64,000 bases of DNA from Tricharina praecox. Lineage: Eukaryota. Positions 28,335 to 39,771 of this stretch are shown one piece after another. The translations under genes were made by a program, and so were the position numbers. The notes beneath the pieces were generated by a model. It was not told the origin of the DNA. It worked only from the letters and a program-made list of their open reading frames with translations, and did no database searches. The DNA is taken from NCBI RefSeq assembly GCF_024521635.1, contig NW_026250415.1, positions 868,001 to 932,000 of the forward strand. Reading direction: 5' to 3'. The stretch's first letter is position 1; each line of letters starts with the position of its first letter.

Positions 28335-31300
28335 CTAATAGACATTCCTGTCGCCCTCCCCGCTCCTGCTCTTCCGCTGCAACCGGAACACCATCTCCTT
28401 GCTCGCTCTGCTCTCCATATCCTCGAGGCCATCGCACGCCTCCCATGTCGTCGGGGCATCTCTAAAAACCGCTACCAGCTGCGCCTTCGCCTCGTCGTCT
28501 CCGGCCTTGCGTCGTTCGTCCAGACGCTTCAGCTCCGTTCCGATAGCTTCGATGGTCCGGATGAACGGACGGACCGGTGGCATCACTCCGCCCTCACCAC
28601 CGCGCATCGTCACATCCGAGTAGAAGAAATACAACCGGAGCTCCTTCCAGTACTTCATGAGGTTCTTCTCGCAGACCATGACGGCCTTCTTGAGTTCGCC
28701 AGTGAGGATCAGGGCCTGGACATAGTCGTTCCAGTTGACGTTGTCGAGCTCGTATCCGGCCTTCTGCAGGGACTCGATCTCCAGCTCGATGGCTTTGATG
28801 TCCTTGATGTCTGCCATCCCGCGAATCAGGATCGACAGTGCACCGCAGAGATCAAGGCGATATGGCTCCATGATAGCTTTGCGGCCAGCGCGGCGGAGAT
28901 CAATAGATTTGTGGAAATGGATAGCGGTGGATCGAAGTCCTTGCCACATTGACCGTACGCCTTCGATGTCTCCTCCTGCACGGTACACTTGCATCATGGC
29001 TTTGTACATCTGCAGGTTTGGTGGCGAGCCGTATTTCTGGGTCGAAGAGATCTTGAGGAAACGGTTGAAGACGTCGATAGCGCGGTCCCATGCTGACTTT
29101 TTGAAATATACATTGATAAGTGGAGTGAACAGCCACGGCGGCGTGGCTGTTTTGACGTTACTGAACGAGTTTAGGTCCAATGTGACTGGTTCGTTCGTGG
29201 CCTCATCCAGGATCTTCTCCGTGGACAAAAGGTGTACAATGTCGCCCTCAAGATCTGCAAACTCTTCGACTTCGGCATGCGCATACGACTTGAGCAACAC
29301 GGCAAGGGTGTTGAAATCAGCTTTGAGACCGTCGTTCAACATCCTCTGGAACGTCTCCCACACCTTCCGGAAATCGCCTAACCGAGTGTACCCAACCATG
29401 AGGATAGCATACTTGTCGGAGCTGATATGGAAATCCGAGTCCTTGATAAACTGGAGGGTCTCCTCCGCAGATTCCATCCTTCCAGCAACGCATAGGGAGT
29501 GCATGACGATTCCATAGGTGTAGTAGTCAAATGGAACTTCCTTCTCGCTCATCATCTGAAAGATCTGGGAAACTCTTGCATCGTTTCCCTTCGCCGCGTG
29601 CGCCGCAATGATGGTATTCCAGATCGGCGTCGACTTCGCGACCGGATTTAGTTCGGCGATGTGGCCCAATAGTGCTTCGGCCTTATCTAGCTCTTTGGCG
29701 GTAACATAAGCAGTAATCAGCGCTTGATAGGAGTACGAATCTGGCTCGTATCCGCTCTGTACAATCATGTCGAATATATTCTCTGCGCCGGCGATATCGC
29801 CACGACTCCCGCACATATTCAAAAGGATGTTATACGTCCATCGATCTGGCTTGATACCCTTATCAAGCATCTCCTGCACCCGCAGTGCAGCCCCATCCAC
29901 ATCTCCCGCTCTGCTATAAGCATTGATCAAGGTGTTGTAGCTGATTATATCCGGCTTTAACCCATACATATCCGATATGCGCTCAAACCACATAATGGCA
30001 TTATGAATCTCTCCCCGCTCTACATATGATTGCATAATGTGGTTGATTTCTTGAGGACTTTCCGGAGCGTGTTGTTCGAGTGACTGCAGGAGAATGCTGT
30101 GTACTGCAGCCGCGTCTCCGCGTTTCGCGACTGCTGCCATCAAAATCGAGTAAGACACCCGGCTTGGTGCTCGCTCTGCCGAAAAAACGTAAATATCGTC
30201 GAAGACCTGTTGCATTCCATCGTAGTCTTGCAACCTTGCAAAGCAGCGGAGAATTTTATTCATGATGTCCACAGGGATGAATTCCGGGCCGCGCTCTCGG
30301 AAAGCAAAGTACCACTTCGTCGCCAAAGCGTCTTGCTTAACTCCAGCAAGATATGCGACTGCTCGCTCAAAAGAAGACTTCGTTATGAGCCATCCTCGCG
30401 ATTCGATGAGGCTCCAGATTTCTTCCCACAACCGGGTCCATTTGGCGTGCGGTCGAGTGACATACGAGAGGCAGCCTTTTAAAAGATCTTCCGCGAGCTC
30501 TCCTTCGAGTATGTCGTATTCCGGGTCTTCTGGTTTAGCAACCTTCTCGACAAAGTGAATGACCTTCCGAATAACTGTTTCCGCACCGTCCGGGTTCCCG
30601 AGTGAAGGTAGTGCAGTCGTATTAAGTTCCCTTCGCCGATCTTTCGCGCCCACTGCGCGCTCCTGGAAGCCTCGCAGCAACTCCCATGCCTTCATCACCA
30701 TGTCCCATCTCTCGAGCATGATATGATGCCTCATAAAAACTTCGAACCCGATATCGCGCGCCAGTGGAAGCTGTTGCACGCCTTCCTCCAGAATCTGATA
30801 TGCCCCGTTCGGGTCACCCACGCGCAAAAAACACTTCACAAGAATCTCGTAGTCCGAGTATGCCCGGTGACGCACTTTCAAGGAATTTACCATAGAAAGT
30901 GCACGAGTCCATTCCTGCCGATGACTGGATGCAAGCAAATAACTGGCCATCCATCGCCTCCTGTCCGCTTGCAGTGTCCTCGTTTCGTGGCGTTTTTCCG
31001 GTGTATCCAAGATTGGTCCCCTCATTAGCCACTCAAGTTTTCGCCGGTCATTGCAGTAGTGATACCACGCAGATTCGTACTGTCCAGCCGGTGCAGTGTT
31101 CATGAATTGCTTGAAGTTGGTGTATTTATCTCCCGGATGCGGGAGTCGGTCGTCCACCAGTGGAGGTCGTAATGGCTTCTGATTCTCCGGATGAGAAGGC
31201 GCTTGCGGCAGCACAGGCGGCGGCACAGGCTGCGCCGCAGAAGAGTATTCTCTTTTGCTGCCACTCAGCGAAAACACCGGTTCGCGCCGGGGAAGAGCCT

Positions 31301-31619
31301 TGCTGAGATGCCCGAGAAAAGCTAGAGCGCCCGATGGGTAAAGAAAGTCCAATGGAATGAGATCCGCCCGTCTCCGCGAGATACCGGTGCGTTGTGGTGG
31401 TGATATTGTCGATTCCGGCAATGCCGCTTCCTCCTGTTCCCCCGCACTACAACCCCCACTACTACCACCAACCAAACTTGCCGCCGCGGCCGCAATATCG
31501 AGTTCAACGCCGCCGTGCATCCAAAACGCCGTGTGGAGCGTCCGCTTCCGTGGCCGTCCACCCCGCAAAAGACGTAGACCACTGGACTCCAAATGGTGGA
31601 CGGCCACCCGTTCCAACAT
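28335..31619 (-). CDS. Mitochondrial pentatricopeptide-repeat protein, Pet309/CYA-5-like COX1 translation factor
   Basis: Intronless 1094-aa ORF with tandem 35-aa PPR motifs (PDIISYNTLINAYSRAGD, PDRWTYNILLNMC); N-terminal RTLHTAFWMHGG and LDFLYP motifs as I recall them for CYA-5-like proteins. Confidence 0.82.
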   Translation of the reverse strand: MLERVAVHHLESSGLRLLRGGRPRKRTLHTAFWMHGGVELDIAAAAASLVGGSSGGCSAGEQEEAALPESTISPPQRTGISRRRADLIPLDFLYPSGALAFLGHLSKALPRREPVFSLSGSKREYSSAAQPVPPPVLPQAPSHPENQKPLRPPLVDDRLPHPGDKYTNFKQFMNTAPAGQYESAWYHYCNDRRKLEWLMRGPILDTPEKRHETRTLQADRRRWMASYLLASSHRQEWTRALSMVNSLKVRHRAYSDYEILVKCFLRVGDPNGAYQILEEGVQQLPLARDIGFEVFMRHHIMLERWDMVMKAWELLRGFQERAVGAKDRRRELNTTALPSLGNPDGAETVIRKVIHFVEKVAKPEDPEYDILEGELAEDLLKGCLSYVTRPHAKWTRLWEEIWSLIESRGWLITKSSFERAVAYLAGVKQDALATKWYFAFRERGPEFIPVDIMNKILRCFARLQDYDGMQQVFDDIYVFSAERAPSRVSYSILMAAVAKRGDAAAVHSILLQSLEQHAPESPQEINHIMQSYVERGEIHNAIMWFERISDMYGLKPDIISYNTLINAYSRAGDVDGAALRVQEMLDKGIKPDRWTYNILLNMCGSRGDIAGAENIFDMIVQSGYEPDSYSYQALITAYVTAKELDKAEALLGHIAELNPVAKSTPIWNTIIAAHAAKGNDARVSQIFQMMSEKEVPFDYYTYGIVMHSLCVAGRMESAEETLQFIKDSDFHISSDKYAILMVGYTRLGDFRKVWETFQRMLNDGLKADFNTLAVLLKSYAHAEVEEFADLEGDIVHLLSTEKILDEATNEPVTLDLNSFSNVKTATPPWLFTPLINVYFKKSAWDRAIDVFNRFLKISSTQKYGSPPNLQMYKAMMQVYRAGGDIEGVRSMWQGLRSTAIHFHKSIDLRRAGRKAIMEPYRLDLCGALSILIRGMADIKDIKAIELEIESLQKAGYELDNVNWNDYVQALILTGELKKAVMVCEKNLMKYWKELRLYFFYSDVTMRGGEGGVMPPVRPFIRTIEAIGTELKRLDERRKAGDDEAKAQLVAVFRDAPTTWEACDGLEDMESRASKEMVFRLQRKSRSGEGDRNVY

Positions 31620-32194
31620 TCCCAGTATATATTATTCGGATTGGCCGCCGCGAGATTGTCACCGTAAAGAAGGTGCTATGAAGTCCGCCTCTATCGGGTA
31701 GGCAAAGTCAGCTTGGTTGGTCTTCGTTCCTCAATGGCCGAGTAATTTGAAATACCGGAGGATAGGAAGGAATTGCGAAGCACCGACCTGTTCGAAAGAA
31801 AGACCAAAGAAGACCGACACCGTCAGACATGCCCTCGAAGCATCCACCAGACCGTAAAATGTCGTGGAGGCAATAACTTGAAACCGCGTTGATAAAGGTG
31901 GCGGGTGGTGAGGCTCGCTAATCGGCCGGCGAGGATTCACAGGAGGGGCAAATTGATGGAGATGGCAAGGCGGAAGGAATTTGTTTCGACGTCACGAGTG
32001 AGGAAATAATAATGGTGCCGGGCTGCTTACTTGAGTTAGCGGAAAACGTCGAAAGAGCTTTCAGGCTTGGCAGCGCCGCATATGCTAATAGCATTCACAG
32101 ACACGACAATCCAACACCAACCAAACCTTTTACCTACCGTCCGGACCGTCAAACACCCCCGGTATTCCTCTGTTCGCTGAACAGTCACTCAGCT

Positions 32195-32860
32195 ATGGGC
32201 AAAGAACGATCCAGCAAGGAATCGAACGGCTCGGGCAAAGACAAGGACAAGAAGAAGAAGAAAGGCTTCTCAGTCGGCCCAGCGAACCTCCCCGATGGCA
32301 CCTACAAGCGCAAAGTCACAAAAATCAAGGAGAGCTTGATCCATAAGGCGAAGGTCCGCAAGCAATACAGCAAGACGCTTTCCTCCGCACCCGTCGACCC
32401 CTCCACCGATCCAAACGTACTTCGCGCGCAAAGACTGTTCGAAGAGGCCGAGCAGGAGCGACTGCTGCGTCGCCAGAAGGCTGCTGAGGCCGCGGAGGCC
32501 ACAAAGTCTGCAGAGGGTGCCACTGAAGGCAAGGACGAGCCGCCCGCGTTTCACCCAGATCGCCTGGCCGCTATTAAGACCCAGGAGGAGGCAGAGGAGC
32601 CGTCGAATGAGCGCCGCAAAAGGAAGCCGAAGACCTCATCTTACAAGAAGGAGGAGACATTCGCCGCCAGACAAGCAGCTGAGCGAGAGGAGGCTATGCG
32701 ACAAGCGGAGGAGAGGAGAAAAGAACGAGAGAGAAAGATCAAAGAGAGGGAAGCACGGACAAAGGCGATTTTCGCAAAGACACGCAACGGGCAGGTCAAG
32801 CTGGGCAAGCAGAGTCACGTTTTGCTCGACAAGGTCATGGCTCAGATGGGTCGGAGTTGA
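32195..32860 (+). CDS. Small basic, charged protein; probable rRNA-processing factor (Fyv7-like)
   Basis: [35 protein letters not shown] and C-terminal [19 protein letters not shown]. An in-frame upstream ATG at 32012 is a less likely start. Confidence 0.65.
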   Translation: MGKERSSKESNGSGKDKDKKKKKGFSVGPANLPDGTYKRKVTKIKESLIHKAKVRKQYSKTLSSAPVDPSTDPNVLRAQRLFEEAEQERLLRRQKAAEAAEATKSAEGATEGKDEPPAFHPDRLAAIKTQEEAEEPSNERRKRKPKTSSYKKEETFAARQAAEREEAMRQAEERRKERERKIKEREARTKAIFAKTRNGQVKLGKQSHVLLDKVMAQMGRS

Positions 32861-33228
32861 TTGGGCGGGTTGCTTTGTCTACCTTCATTTGGATCTTGCT
32901 TGAGGCGTTGGTTTGGGACGGAAAAGCGTATCATTTCTTCCTTTCCTTCTTGCTTTCTTTGCGCACCTTTTGTAGACCGTAATCAAGTGGACTATCTTTC
33001 AGTCCGGGTGGTGAATTGTTTCGAGAATTTAATGTCGAAACTGTATCAGTGCTCTCGAGTGATTCAATGTAGTTAAATTGCGGCTCTGCTGATCCTTGGC
33101 CTGTCATAGCTGTTGGTTCCTGGTCCCGCAGCATCGAAAGGGACATAAGCTCCTGACAGCTCCTCCATCACAACACGCTGCCGCCTCCCCGACTCGCGGA
33201 CCACCACTACCTCTACACACCCGCCAAA

Positions 33229-34616
33229 ATGTCCCGCAAGGCAATCTCTCAAAGCGACATCGAAAAGTACTGGGAAATCTTCGCGCACCATTCCCAAGGC
33301 GGCAGCAAAATCACTGGCGACCAGGCCTCGAGCATCCTCCGCAACAGTGGTCTCTCAGACGTGCAACTTGCCAAAATATGGGATCTCGCGGACATCGACA
33401 AGGATGGCGACTTGGACTTCGAGGAGTTCTGTGTCGCCATGCGGCTGATCTACGACGTGATGAATGGAGATCTCAAGTCGGTTCCGCAGACGCTCCCCGA
33501 GTGGCTTGTGCCAGAGAGCAAGGCACATCTAGTCCAGGCGGAGTCGGCAGTTACGGCGGGAGGCGAGACGTTTGAGAGGCCTGCCGATGACGATGATATC
33601 CCAGGCTTGAAGGATGATTTCCAATGGTACATGGCGCCCGAGGACAAGAGGAAGTATGAGAGCATGTATATGGCGAATGCGGGTGCACACGGGCAGATTG
33701 GATGTGAGTGTGCAATTATAGAAACGGATCATTGATCACAGGCTCATTCGGTATACAGTTGCGGCACTTAACGATCTCTACGCAGAGATCAACGTTCCCG
33801 ACACCGACGTCGCACGCGCCTGGTACACACACTCCCTGTGCACCACTCTCTCCCTCGCGCAACTCATGACTGACCTCAGAGTCACAGGAACTTGGTCAAC
33901 CCCTCGCAAACACCAACGATCGGTAAAGACCAATGCATAGTGTTCCTGCACATGTTGAGCGGACGACATGAGGGTTACCGGATTCCGCGCTCCGTTCCGC
34001 CGTCGTTGAGAAGCTCGTTCGAACAGAACCATGTCAACTACGATATCGAGTCCGTCAAGCCGCCGCAGCGCGCGAGTGGGCCGGATAGGACTACTATCTC
34101 CGGAAAAAAGGCGGCGTTTGGAGAGAGCTATATCACGCGGCTGGGGATCGGCGCGTCGTCGGGTTACAAGCACTCCGGTAAGCATGTGAGATTTGGGCTT
34201 TGGTAGGTCACCATTAATGTTCAGTAGGAACCGACTTCTCGAGTACCAAAGACGAAGACTGGGAGGAAGTTCGTCTGAAGCGTGAACTCGCCGACCTTGA
34301 GAAACAAATCGCCGACGCCGAAACATCCGCCGAGAAGCGCCGCAACCGCGATCGCCACGGCGCCTCGGGCGCATCGCAGATCGCACTAGTGAAACGGGAA
34401 CTTGAGCAGATGCTCGAATATAAGAGGAATGAGCTACGATCTTTGGACGAGGGGAGCGGAAGCGTTGAGGCAGGGAAGAGCTTGAAGGCTGTTCGAGACG
34501 ACCTGGACATGGTAAAGGAACAAGTTGATGCTTTGGAGCAACATTTGCGGCGGCGAGAGGAAGTACTGCAAGGGGCGCTGAGGGAAGTTGAAGAGGAAAA
34601 GAGTATGAAGAGGTAA
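33229..34616 (+). CDS. END3: EH-domain endocytosis / actin regulatory protein End3, 4 exons
   Basis: IEKYWEIF, LAKIWDLADIDKDGDLDFEEFCVAMRLI, LPEWLVPESKAHLVQA, GTDFSSTKDEDWEEVRLKRELADL. Confidence 0.93.
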
Positions 34617-35073
34617 TGGTGTGCGCGCAGTGATTGTACTTTACGGCGGGTTGGTGGGCGGGATAGGCGAGTAGGTATATAAAATTTCTATTCGGATTGG
34701 GATGCAAGTCTTTCTGCGAACTCTTTCTACGTTGGATTTCCAACGTTGCCATCTCTATGCTACACCGAGTGCTCGCATCTCCTAGGCTACTTCCAATGGT
34801 ATTAATGCCAATACATAAGATGCGTAATAAAGTATTTAAAATTGTCCCAAATTCACAGAGAAGGAATTGGAGTCTGGTTATCAGACTTCATTTTAAGGAT
34901 AGCTATTACATTAGTACAAATCCTCGGAAGCTTAGAAGTGATGGGTTTCAGCCAACAGCCATTTTACGCCCTATGGGGCTAAAAACCGAACAATCATAGG
35001 TATTTGACGAGTGATGAACAGTGCAATGAAACTTTTGACTACAATTGAGTGTAACAACTCTATTATTTTGAGA

Positions 35074-36636
35074 CTATGCAGAGATCGTCTTGAAAACACT
35101 ACAACCCTAATTAGCACATGTATAACTCCGGAACGACTCGATGGGAATACGTACTTAAATCCTTCCCCACCCGTAGCAACAACCACGCTGGGCGCCTGCT
35201 TTTGCCAGTGCAACTCCTTGACCTCAGGCATGTGGTGGACGAACATGAGCTGTGGTGGCACATCAGCAACACCACCGGTATCTCTGCTCTCCTCGTCGTC
35301 CAACTCCACGGACATATCCCACTGTGTGATCGTATTATCCGCACAAGCGACGGCCACCACGCTGTCTTCCGTAGGGTGGAACTCGACACTGGTGATCGGC
35401 TGCTGGTGGAATGTGAAGCTCGCCGTCGCGCTGACAGTCTTGCCTTGTGTAGCGTTGGGAAATGTTCGCAGATCCCAAACACCCCACACTCCGTCGTCCG
35501 CACCGGTGGCGAGAAGGTAGTCGACGGATTTGCACCACGATGCTACGTTTACATCAGAACTCGAGACGTCGACTGAGAGCTGGTGCTTCTTTGATGCTCG
35601 GGCATCCCAAATTTTGACGGTTCCATCCGATGATGCTGAGCACATCACGTGGCGCTCACTAGGTGACCACTGAATTTCCTCCACGCTGCCGGTGTGTCCG
35701 GTGTATGGTCCATCACTCGCCCAGCTGCCGTCCTCTTTCCGCTTCGAAACGAATATCTTGCCGTCATTGTCTCCAGTCGCCAGCTTACCCAGGGCTTCTC
35801 GGGGATGTGGACACCAGTCAATGGCATAACCTTCTGTCCGCTTGTGCATCCTCAGAGTGTGCGATGGCTTTTTGGCAGCTGGTGGGATAATGGTGCCCGG
35901 GGCATCGAAGCTGCGGTAGTGAGGGGCAAGGTCCCAGATAAACACCTCTCCAGACTCCGCCATGGTGGCAGCAGTTTTCGAGTGTGGCGAAACGCGGAGA
36001 CGGTTCGTGGTGATGTTGGTGGGGATGCTGCGCGATTCCAGAATCGGGTCATCCTCGGTATCGCTATCATCGTCCTCTTCGTCCTCGTCGTCGTTGTCCT
36101 GCCGTTCTGAAAACCAAATCAGCTCCAACTCTCAAGAATCTCTCTTAACTAACAAGCCAACCTTTGTGTAGTCCACTGAGCTTCATGACCACAATCTCGT
36201 TATCCTTCGCGCGCTGCGCCTGGGTTCCAGCGACCATGTAAACAGTGTGCGGGTAGCTCCTCCTCTCATCTCCCAGGTCATCCGTCAAGACATCAAAGCT
36301 CAAACACGGCCATTTGACGTTCATGCGATGTAGCATATGGTACGCGCTCGAATCGGGCTCCAGGATCTCATCTTTCGCCAATTTGTGTCGCGACGGGATA
36401 TACACCTGCTTGTCGAGGTCCATGGTATTCTCCATGGTCTCGTCCTCACCGGGGTCCTCTCCGTCTGCTCCAGCCTCTAGAACCTCCTCCTCATCGTCCG
36501 AGAAATCGTCGCCGTACTGGTCCTCGAATTCTCCCATTTCCGCGAGCCTTTTGGCATCTTGGTCGGCGTCGGTTTCGCGCGAGAGGTTCTTGAGTGCCCC
36601 CGGGGAGGAATCAGTGTCGGCGGCACGTTTAGACAT
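35074..36636 (-). CDS. RRB1: WD40 ribosome assembly protein Rrb1 / GRWD1, 3 exons
   Basis: MGEFEDQYGD, WPCLSFD, AGTQA, EGYAIDW, GHTGSVEEIQWSP, DVNVASW, VPPQLMFVH, terminal VFKTISA. Confidence 0.92.
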
Positions 36637-37384
36637 GGTGGATAACGACGGCAATTGGGGTTTGTGGTTGTGGTGGTGAAGGTTGATGTGAGGTTGTGGG
36701 TTCCTCTCTTTTGGTGGGGGCTTTCGTTCACGAGCGAAGTGGGGCCAACTTTTTTTATTTTTTGTGTCACTAGAGCCAACCCTGTTGGGTTTGGTGATAC
36801 ACGAGTGAGCAGCAGTGCATTGTCCCATGAGAGAGCCACAACTTTATCTCGACGCCATTCAGGCAGAAGATTCTCAAGACTCGATAGTGCGAATCCCCCA
36901 TTACCATGAGGATGACTGAACCACAGCCTGTAATGGACTACAAGGCAGGTTATCCTCACGAGCTCGGATTAAGCCACTGAGCCCAATTCTTCGCTAAAAG
37001 TAAACGGGCATCATACATTTTGCCTTTAACGTGAAGTATCTATTTGGGAATAGGCTTAGCACGAAGCCAACTGGTAGACAATTCTTGTCGTAAAATTTTG
37101 AATAAAGTGAAAGAAGATATCCACGACGGAAGAGAAATCATGATAACTTTCGTATCGGAAAATGTATGCATATACCCGGACATTGGGTAATATTGGTGAT
37201 TCAGCACAGTGAATTCAAAGACCCACGTTATTGGGACATGAGTCAATAGACTATTTACCCCACCACACCCCACCCCTCTACATTTCAAGTGCAACCAAAC
37301 TACAACCACAAAACGCACCCTCATTGTTACCAACCCAACAACCCACCAAATCACCAACCTACGGCTCGATAATCACAAGATACA

Positions 37385-39016
37385 ATGCCATCGGCACATC
37401 CTTCTATCGGCTTTCAAGCCGTGATTCTCTGCGGCCCTGGTACCGGGCTCTACCCATTCACCGGCGCAGAAGATCTGCCGAAAGCGCTGCTCCCGATCGC
37501 GAACAAGCCCATGCTCCACTACCCACTGGAATGGTGCGAGAAAGCCGGTTTCGATTCGATCCTCGTCCTGACACTGAAGGAGCACCACGCTGCCATCCAG
37601 TCGTACATTCGTTCGCACCGCACATTCAAAGCCCAGGGACTCTACATACAGGCCGAGGAGGCCTCCTCCATCAACGACAATCTGGGCACCGCGGACGTAC
37701 TCCGGATCGCCTTCCAGAAGGGATGGCTGAACTCCGACTTTGCCGTCATTCCCTGCGACCTGGTCACCAATCTCGAGGGACACAGACTGGCAGAGCTATG
37801 GATGGTCCTACAGGCTGGATTCGATGCGGATCTCGGCCGGCGCAGCCGCAAGCACCGTACGGCGGGTGACGGAGAGGACGGGCGCCGCGGTGGCCTGGTA
37901 GTATGCTACGACACCATGGGGGAGGGTGCGGTGAAGGGACAAGAGACGGATCTTATTGCGGTGGCACCTGTTACGAAGCCGATGATGTGCTCTAGCTTGC
38001 CGGAAGGGGATGTTGGCGTGCTGTTGACGCGCTCATCAACACAGGCGCTGAAGGGGGTGTCCGAGATTCCAATCCGCCATAGCATGCTTAGGAAGCATCC
38101 GAATATGAAGCTGTACTCGACCTTTCGCGATGCGGGAATCTGCTTTCTCCCGCACTGGGTCCTCAAATTCATAGAGCGCAACCCCTCCATGACTTCGCTC
38201 CGTGAGGACGTCCTTCCGTGGCTCGCAAAGAGCAGATGGCAGAACCGGCGGTTGGCAGAAAAGCTGGGGCTGATGGGTATACTAACGGGATCGGAAACAT
38301 CGGCGACGGGAGACAACGACAGCCAGGCCGCAGGCGAGGAGTACGATGTTGGCTCGATGAGTACGATGCGGTTACGGCGGGCTGATGACGCGCCGGCGGA
38401 GATTCCGCCAATGCTGGCGTACCTTCCTAACGCACCATCGATGTTTATGCGCCGAGTCGACACAACGCATCTGTATCTCTACACATCACTGTATCTGGCC
38501 AAAAGCGATCCTTCGCAGCCGTCAACACAGATCAAGATTGACCCGGGTTCTACGATAGGAGAGAAGGCTGTCGTCACCGGTGCGGACTGTCTTATCGCCG
38601 ACAAGGTCACAGTAGGCGCTAAGGCAATCGTCAAGAAGAGTGTATTGGGCTATGGCGTTACGATCGGCAGGGGAGCGAGGCTAATGGGATGTGTGCTGAT
38701 GGATGGGGCCACGGTCGAGGAGAATGCAAAGCTGGAGGGTTGCACGGTGGGGCGCAAGGCGATCATTGGTGCTAAGTCTGTCCTCAAAGATTGCGAGATC
38801 GCCGAGAACTATTATGTTGAGAAAGAGAGTGAGTTCATCCCAATATCTCAGACCAAGGATCCATATTGACGAAGTGGCGCAGCCGAGGCGAAGGGAGAGC
38901 GTTTTGTCGACTTTGCTGGACTGGAGGCAGCAAGTGACGAAGATGAGGTTACAGACGAAAACTCAGATGATGGTGTTGCCGTTGAATCGGATGACGATGA
39001 GGAAGACGACGAATAG
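37385..39016 (+). CDS. GCD1: Translation initiation factor eIF2B gamma subunit, 2 exons
   Basis: FQAVILCGPG, PKALLPIANKPMLHYPLEW, LGTADVLR, PCDLVT; C-terminal left-handed beta-helix hexapeptides; acidic tail after the intron near 38829. Confidence 0.92.
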
Positions 39017-39771
39017 TCGTCTAACCACAGAGGGTTGTCTTTCCACGGTGGTTGTTTTCATTGACGTGGACAAAAGCTTTGGGAATTGTGAATGTCATTT
39101 TTCATTCAGAGGCGTTTATGTTGTGCTATTTTCACTAGGAGTTGAAGGCGTTCGATTGAATTGCTAGTGGACAAGGGAATCGATGGCCTTTGTTTCCGTT
39201 TTGTTTACTATCATCGCATTCGACCTTATGTAAATCATGGCAGTTACAAACCGGTTCTACCCAACTATCTTTCCAGTGCGAGTACTGTAGGCATGACGTG
39301 AGTTCTTTACGGGAAGCGATGAGAGAGAGAAAATCAATTTGTTGTCGCATAGGCCTGTCTAGACTATGGCGACCAGGAATGGGAATCGAGGACTCCAGCA
39401 AAGTTGGTGAAAATAGTCGAGTGAGTGGCAGTGCTGGCAAATCTGCCGGGTAACAAATAAACAAACATTTGAGCTGCGCCGCGAAACTTGGCGCGCGACC
39501 TTGAAATGTTGCCTAGCTCTCGGAGCTGCTATTCATACTCGTGTACTTATGTCATCGTCGTTCATTCCTCACTCCTCGCAACCACACCATTACAACACGC
39601 CTTACCCTAATTCACGACACGGAATTCGTTCTCAACTTTACAACTACTTCCCACAACCTACATCGCCCGCCCCTCCTTAATACCACACACCACACACGAC
39701 CGCCAACCATCTCCACCTCGCGTCAACTCTTGGTACACCTTTACACCTAGCATACACATCGCACCTTCGCG

